This document shows positions 59,986-64,000 of a stretch of DNA of 64,000 nt, piece by piece; the first letter of the stretch is position 1; each line of letters opens with the position of its first letter. A program made the translations under genes and the position numbers. Origin of the DNA: Candidatus Omnitrophota bacterium (GTDB taxonomy: Bacteria; Omnitrophota; Gorgyraeia; Zapsychrales; Fredricksoniimonadaceae). The DNA lies in assembly GCA_903860135.1 (NCBI GenBank), contig CAIOPG010000006.1:21117-85116 (forward strand), given 5' to 3'. The notes under the pieces were generated by a model that was not told the DNA's origin, did not search any database, and saw nothing but the letters and a program-made list of their open reading frames with translations.

Positions 59986-61746
59986 ATGCGCAAAGGAATG
60001 TGGGTAATAGTTGTCATCGGATTTTGGGTGTTTTTGGTCAATGCCAGCGGAGAACTATTTGCCGCTGTCCCTGACATTGAACAGGCGAGTCAGTCTTCCG
60101 TTATAGGGAAACGTGTCCCTCAGGGGATTGAAAAGGCCATGGATGATGTCCAAGCTACGTTTAAATCCAGGATGATCAAAGAGGCACTGGATGCCGTAGA
60201 ATCTGCGTTGCAAGGTGCTTCGCCTAAGGCTCTGCCGCTTGTTCCGGATAACAACGGGGTTTCTTTTTTTGTCAGGAAGGTGCAGGTGAAAGATTCGCAG
60301 TTGTTGACAGAGACTTCCCTGGCGCCTTTGCTTGAGCCTTTTGAGGGCCACCAGCAGACGATTCGGGCGATGCAGGGTCTTGCAGATATGATCACGGCTG
60401 AGTACCGCAAGCGCGGATACCTGAGCAGCCAGGCCTATATTGCGCCTCAAGAAATAGCGGATGGCGTCTTTACGGTTTCTGTGCTCGAGGGGCGTATCGG
60501 TCGGGTCATTTTCGAAGGGAACAAGCATTATTCCACAGAGGTGCTCAGTCGTTACTGCGTTATCCATGAAGGGGATTTCTTCCGTTACCAGAAATTGCAG
60601 GAATCCGTCTTTAAGCTCAATGCGCACCCTGACAGGGTTGTTCGGGCGATCATCCGTCGAGGCAGTGCCCTCGGGCAGACGGATATTATCTTTAAGGTTG
60701 ATGAAAACAAATTGTTGGCGTCAAACCTTTTGATGGATAACCGCGGCTCGAAGCCTGTCGGTCAGCATCGTGGTGGGCTAGGCTTGCGCCGTGACAATCT
60801 GTTTGGGCAGGATGATACCCTGCGCATGGGCACCATGATCGGGAAGGCGTTCAGCTCGGGATTTGTGGAGCATGCCTTGCCCATTCAAGCGTTGGGTTCC
60901 GTCTGGAAAACAGGGGTTAGTATGGCCAAGTCCGCACCCCGGAAGCAATACAAGCCTTATCGGGTCAGCAGTACTTCCATGGATTACTGGGGCAGGCTCG
61001 AGACTAGGTTTATTACCACAGAAAGCCTTGCCCTAGATTGGCGCACAGGGATGGATATTAAAGAGAGCCGCACCATGGTGCTCTCTGGGACAGACAGCCG
61101 TGAACGGCTTAGGGTTATCCGCTTCGGGCCTACGCTGACCCTGCGCGATGACGGTGGCATGACGGTGATCGATGATCAGTTCTCGCTCGGACTTAATGCG
61201 ATGGGGGCGGTGCTGAGTAGCGGGTCTTCGCAGCGGGCAGGAGTAACACCGGCTTTCTTTGCTTCGGACTTCAGCCTTGAGCGCCTACAGCGGATGCCGC
61301 TGAAGACGCGGTTATCTTTAAAGGGAAGATCGCATTTGTCGGGTGATAAACAGCCGGCGTCAGAACAAATGCTCTTGGGCGGGGCGGACACGGTGCGCGG
61401 GTATCCTGAAGGAGACTATTTTGCTGATCAGGGTGTGTTGATGAATGCGGAATATTTGGTGCCGTTTTTTTTCATTCCTGATGCATGGAAGATGCCAGGC
61501 ACAAAGAACCGTATGCGTGATGCGCTTGATTTTGCGTTTTTTTATGATCATGGCCTCGGTTGGGTGAAGTCTCCGGTCAACGGCCAGAAAGCGTCGACGA
61601 GCTTGCGCGGAACGGGTGTTGGCGTGCGCGTACGTATGGCGGCTGATGTTTACTTTACCATGGATCTTGCCTACGCTATTGGTGCCAAGCCTGATCTGAG
61701 CGACAATCATTTCAGGATCCACTCCGCCATACAAGCTAATTTCTAG
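59986..61746 (+). CDS. TpsB (ShlB/FhaC family) outer-membrane transporter
   Basis: Signal peptide. POTRA-like region then a 16-strand barrel-like C-terminal domain ending ...IQANF. Immediately downstream of the TpsA. Confidence 0.8.
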   Translation: MRKGMWVIVVIGFWVFLVNASGELFAAVPDIEQASQSSVIGKRVPQGIEKAMDDVQATFKSRMIKEALDAVESALQGASPKALPLVPDNNGVSFFVRKVQVKDSQLLTETSLAPLLEPFEGHQQTIRAMQGLADMITAEYRKRGYLSSQAYIAPQEIADGVFTVSVLEGRIGRVIFEGNKHYSTEVLSRYCVIHEGDFFRYQKLQESVFKLNAHPDRVVRAIIRRGSALGQTDIIFKVDENKLLASNLLMDNRGSKPVGQHRGGLGLRRDNLFGQDDTLRMGTMIGKAFSSGFVEHALPIQALGSVWKTGVSMAKSAPRKQYKPYRVSSTSMDYWGRLETRFITTESLALDWRTGMDIKESRTMVLSGTDSRERLRVIRFGPTLTLRDDGGMTVIDDQFSLGLNAMGAVLSSGSSQRAGVTPAFFASDFSLERLQRMPLKTRLSLKGRSHLSGDKQPASEQMLLGGADTVRGYPEGDYFADQGVLMNAEYLVPFFFIPDAWKMPGTKNRMRDALDFAFFYDHGLGWVKSPVNGQKASTSLRGTGVGVRVRMAADVYFTMDLAYAIGAKPDLSDNHFRIHSAIQANF

Positions 61747-61810
61747 CTTTTTTATTCCAAATTCAGGATCACGGCAGACAGGGAAGAGCCTAGGAACGTA
61801 AGAACGATTC

Positions 61811-62260
61811 TTACGTTGTCGGAGCTTGTTTCTTTAATCTGTACGAATGGGTGTAATGTTCTTTGAAAGAGGGGTACATAAAAAGAAGCCATATACCTAG
61901 GTAAAGGTAGCCTCTGAGCGGTGTGTCGTGGAAGGCGGAACGAACATTCAGAAATTCATAATTATGACCGACGATGAAGGTGATGGCACGCATGACGAAT
62001 AACCATTGATAAAAGCGGATCCAGCGGGGCGGTTGTGAAAAAGCGCGTTCAAAGAGAGGCACAAGGCACAGGCAGGTTACGATAACATCGAGCATAGCCA
62101 AGGCGTACCAGATCATGGACACGGGATTGAGACGCCAGAGCACATTATAGTAAATAAAAGCCGAACCATCGGGCACTCCGATGGACAGCACGGAAAGTAT
62201 TGCGAATACCGCAAAGACGATCAGATAAAGCTTTAATCCGAGATTGATTGGCAAACGCAT
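61811..62260 (-). CDS. Hypothetical integral membrane protein (4 predicted TM helices)
   Basis: Hydrophobic segments. One of only two minus-strand genes in the window. No motif recognised. Confidence 0.4.
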   Translation of the reverse strand: MRLPINLGLKLYLIVFAVFAILSVLSIGVPDGSAFIYYNVLWRLNPVSMIWYALAMLDVIVTCLCLVPLFERAFSQPPRWIRFYQWLFVMRAITFIVGHNYEFLNVRSAFHDTPLRGYLYLGIWLLFMYPSFKEHYTHSYRLKKQAPTT

Positions 62261-62354
62261 GACTTTATTGTAAAATAACTTTGCTGTTTAGGGAAAATAT
62301 ATTTGAATTATTGGCATCATCACGCAAAGGGAAGATAAAACAAGGAGGAGCAAG

Positions 62355-62909
62355 ATGCTGGTACTTTTGGTCATTCTAGGGTTGGTGGTGCTCGCGATTA
62401 TAACGGTGAGCGGAGTGTACAATGCGCTTGTTCAGTTGCGTGTGAGCGTGCAGAATGCATGGTCGCAGATCGATGTCCAGCTCAAACGGCGGCATGACCT
62501 GATCCCGAATCTTGTGGAAACGGCCAAGGGGTATATGGCGCACGAGCGCGCTACGCTGGAGAATGTTATCAAGGCCCGTCAGATGGCGGTCGATGCCGGA
62601 TCATTGAAAGACAAGGTCGCGGCGGAAAATATGCTCACCTCAACTTTAAGAAGCTTGATGGCTGTTTCTGAAAATTATCCGAACCTCAAGGCGGATCAGA
62701 CCATGTTGCGCCTGCACGAAGAATTGACCGCGACCGAGAACAAGATCGGGTTTGCGCGCCAGTATTACAACGACGAGGTGAATCGGTTAAATATCGCGGT
62801 ACAGGCTTTCCCTTCTAATATGATTGCCTCCCAGTTCGGGTTTAAGTCGGGCGAATTCTTTCAGGTGGAAGTTCCCGAAGAACGTCAGGCACCTCAGGTG
62901 AAGTTCTAG
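62355..62909 (+). CDS. lemA: LemA family protein
   Basis: N-terminal TM helix then VSGVYNALVQLRVSVQNAWSQIDVQLKRRHDLIPNLVETAKGYMAHE, a typical LemA sequence. Confidence 0.85.
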   Translation: MLVLLVILGLVVLAIITVSGVYNALVQLRVSVQNAWSQIDVQLKRRHDLIPNLVETAKGYMAHERATLENVIKARQMAVDAGSLKDKVAAENMLTSTLRSLMAVSENYPNLKADQTMLRLHEELTATENKIGFARQYYNDEVNRLNIAVQAFPSNMIASQFGFKSGEFFQVEVPEERQAPQVKF

Positions 62910-62928
62910 CTGATTAAGGACAGCGCCG

Positions 62929-64000
62929 ATGCCGTACGCATTCACCCAGATCGAGCAGAAAAAGACAGGAACGATCCAGTGGTCACTGGCGTTTCTTCTT
63001 TTGTTTTATTTCTTTTCGGCGCTATTGATCGGCTACGCGGTCAAGGTCTGGTTTTATTTTTCGGCCCTCGATACCACGTATGGCGCTTTGCCGGGGTGGC
63101 CGCCGCTCGATGGGCAAACGGTTATCCTGACACTCGCCGGAGCACTGATCGCCGGCACGATCCACTGGAAGTTCTCCCAGCACGACCTTATCAACAAGAT
63201 CCTTCAGATGATGGGCGGGAGGCTGCCCGATGATCAGCGTCAGGAAGAGCGGATATTCAGGAACGTGGTCGAGGAAGTCATGGTGGCCACTGGCGGGAAA
63301 TACCGGATTGAGCCGTATATCCTGCCGACAGCCGCGATGAATGCGTTCGCCTTGCAGGATTTCGCTGGCCGTTCTGTGATCGGCATAACCGAAGGCCTTT
63401 TGATGCGGCTTAACCGTGCCCAGCTCGAAGCGGTTGTCGGGCATGAGGCGGGGCATGTGGCCTCGGGGGACTGCTTGCAAACGACGACAACGAGCTGTCT
63501 CTTTAAGACTTTTGATAATATCTGTGATATGACACAGCGGCTGTTGACGGTGTCCGGTCAGGCGTCGTATATCGGATCGGTGTATCATGACCGGGATTCC
63601 CGGCGTTCCAATGACGGGCGCATGATGCTGTTCTTTTTAATGCTTTTTGTGCTGGCGTCGATCCTGCGCTTCATCGGATTTCTGGGTTCTATGTTCATTT
63701 CCCGTCAGCGGGAATATCGCGCGGATGCCATGGCGGCCAGGTTGACCCGTAATCCGCTGGCGCTGGCTGAAGCTCTGCACATTATCAACAATCGCTGGAA
63801 AGGCAGTGGGATGCCAGGCGAGAACATGGAAGCCATCTTTATTGCCAGTCCCCGCCGTAGTGCGCTCGAACAAACAACCAGCGTCATGGCTGAACTTTTC
63901 ACCACACATCCTCCGGCTGAGAAGCGCATCGCTATCCTTCTGGACATGGCGCACGCGAGCCGTCAGGATCTGGATGCGGCCTTGCTGAAAGCTGTTACCA
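62929..64000 (+). CDS. M48-family (HtpX-like) zinc metalloprotease, 3'-truncated by the window end
   Basis: Hand translation of frame 1 from ATG 62929 gives two N-terminal TM helices and HEAGH in AVVGHEAGHVA, and runs open to the window end. The ORF track omits it and lists an implausible ORF in another frame. Confidence 0.75.
   Translation, partial: MPYAFTQIEQKKTGTIQWSLAFLLLFYFFSALLIGYAVKVWFYFSALDTTYGALPGWPPLDGQTVILTLAGALIAGTIHWKFSQHDLINKILQMMGGRLPDDQRQEERIFRNVVEEVMVATGGKYRIEPYILPTAAMNAFALQDFAGRSVIGITEGLLMRLNRAQLEAVVGHEAGHVASGDCLQTTTTSCLFKTFDNICDMTQRLLTVSGQASYIGSVYHDRDSRRSNDGRMMLFFLMLFVLASILRFIGFLGSMFISRQREYRADAMAARLTRNPLALAEALHIINNRWKGSGMPGENMEAIFIASPRRSALEQTTSVMAELFTTHPPAEKRIAILLDMAHASRQDLDAALLKAVT

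Noticed and set aside
62979-63233. 84-aa + strand ORF listed in the track after lemA
   Set aside because: An alternative frame (ATG 62929) gives a coherent TM-TM-HEAGH M48 protease continuing to the window end. The listed ORF is a frame artefact.

Overview
Bacterial chromosomal window of about 64 kb at roughly 55% GC, with about 57 of 59 protein genes on the + strand. No rRNA, CRISPR array, IS element or transposase was seen. The lineage cannot be assigned from sequence alone; the T2SS-like pilus genes with a fused PilM/N, the abundant secreted proteins and the lack of close recall matches suggest an uncultivated lineage (tentative).

Order of content:
1. The tail of a type II secretion / type IV pilus-like operon (gspF C-terminus, gspG, three minor pseudopilins including a GspK-like protein, a PilM-PilN fusion, a GspM/PilO-like protein). 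It is translationally coupled to a TPR protein and a wecB / GT2 / GT-C (ArnT/PMT-like) glycosylation module.
2. A candidate c-di-GMP-I (GEMM) riboswitch with an intrinsic terminator, ahead of a 546-aa secreted protein and a 735-aa secreted protein (paralog A).
3. tRNA-Lys(CTT) followed by degenerate tRNA fragments.
4. A promoter / structured RNA / terminator unit, then amtB-glnK and a putative outer-membrane barrel protein.
5. A complete F1Fo ATP synthase operon (atpBEFHAGDC).
6. trkH-trkA, a response regulator with an N-terminal HTH, an rsmF-like methyltransferase and an APH-like kinase.
7. thiC (near-leaderless, no TPP riboswitch seen), an fchA-like gene with folD, an FAD oxidoreductase and a TPR protein.
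8. polA, glgA, coaE, rho, rpmE, prfA, prmC, murA and trpG-D-C-F.
9. A second GEMM-like element in an orphan promoter-riboswitch-terminator unit facing a convergent ompA/LysM gene.
10. An M16 peptidase, an orphan FlaI/CpaF-like secretion ATPase, corA, a ferredoxin-nitroreductase and a SAM methyltransferase.
11. Paralog B (559 aa, same family as paralog A) heading an operon with a 1165-aa two-partner-secretion exoprotein (TpsA) and its TpsB transporter. The TpsA carries a glycoside-hydrolase clan GH-A-like segment.
12. A LemA / M48 peptidase pair; the M48 gene runs off the window end and is absent from the ORF track.

Most notable: the two c-di-GMP riboswitch candidates; the uncharacterised paralogous secreted-protein family, whose members share an extended -10 promoter motif with both riboswitch units; and the pseudopilus operon coupled to a lipid-linked-sugar / GT-C glycosylation module.
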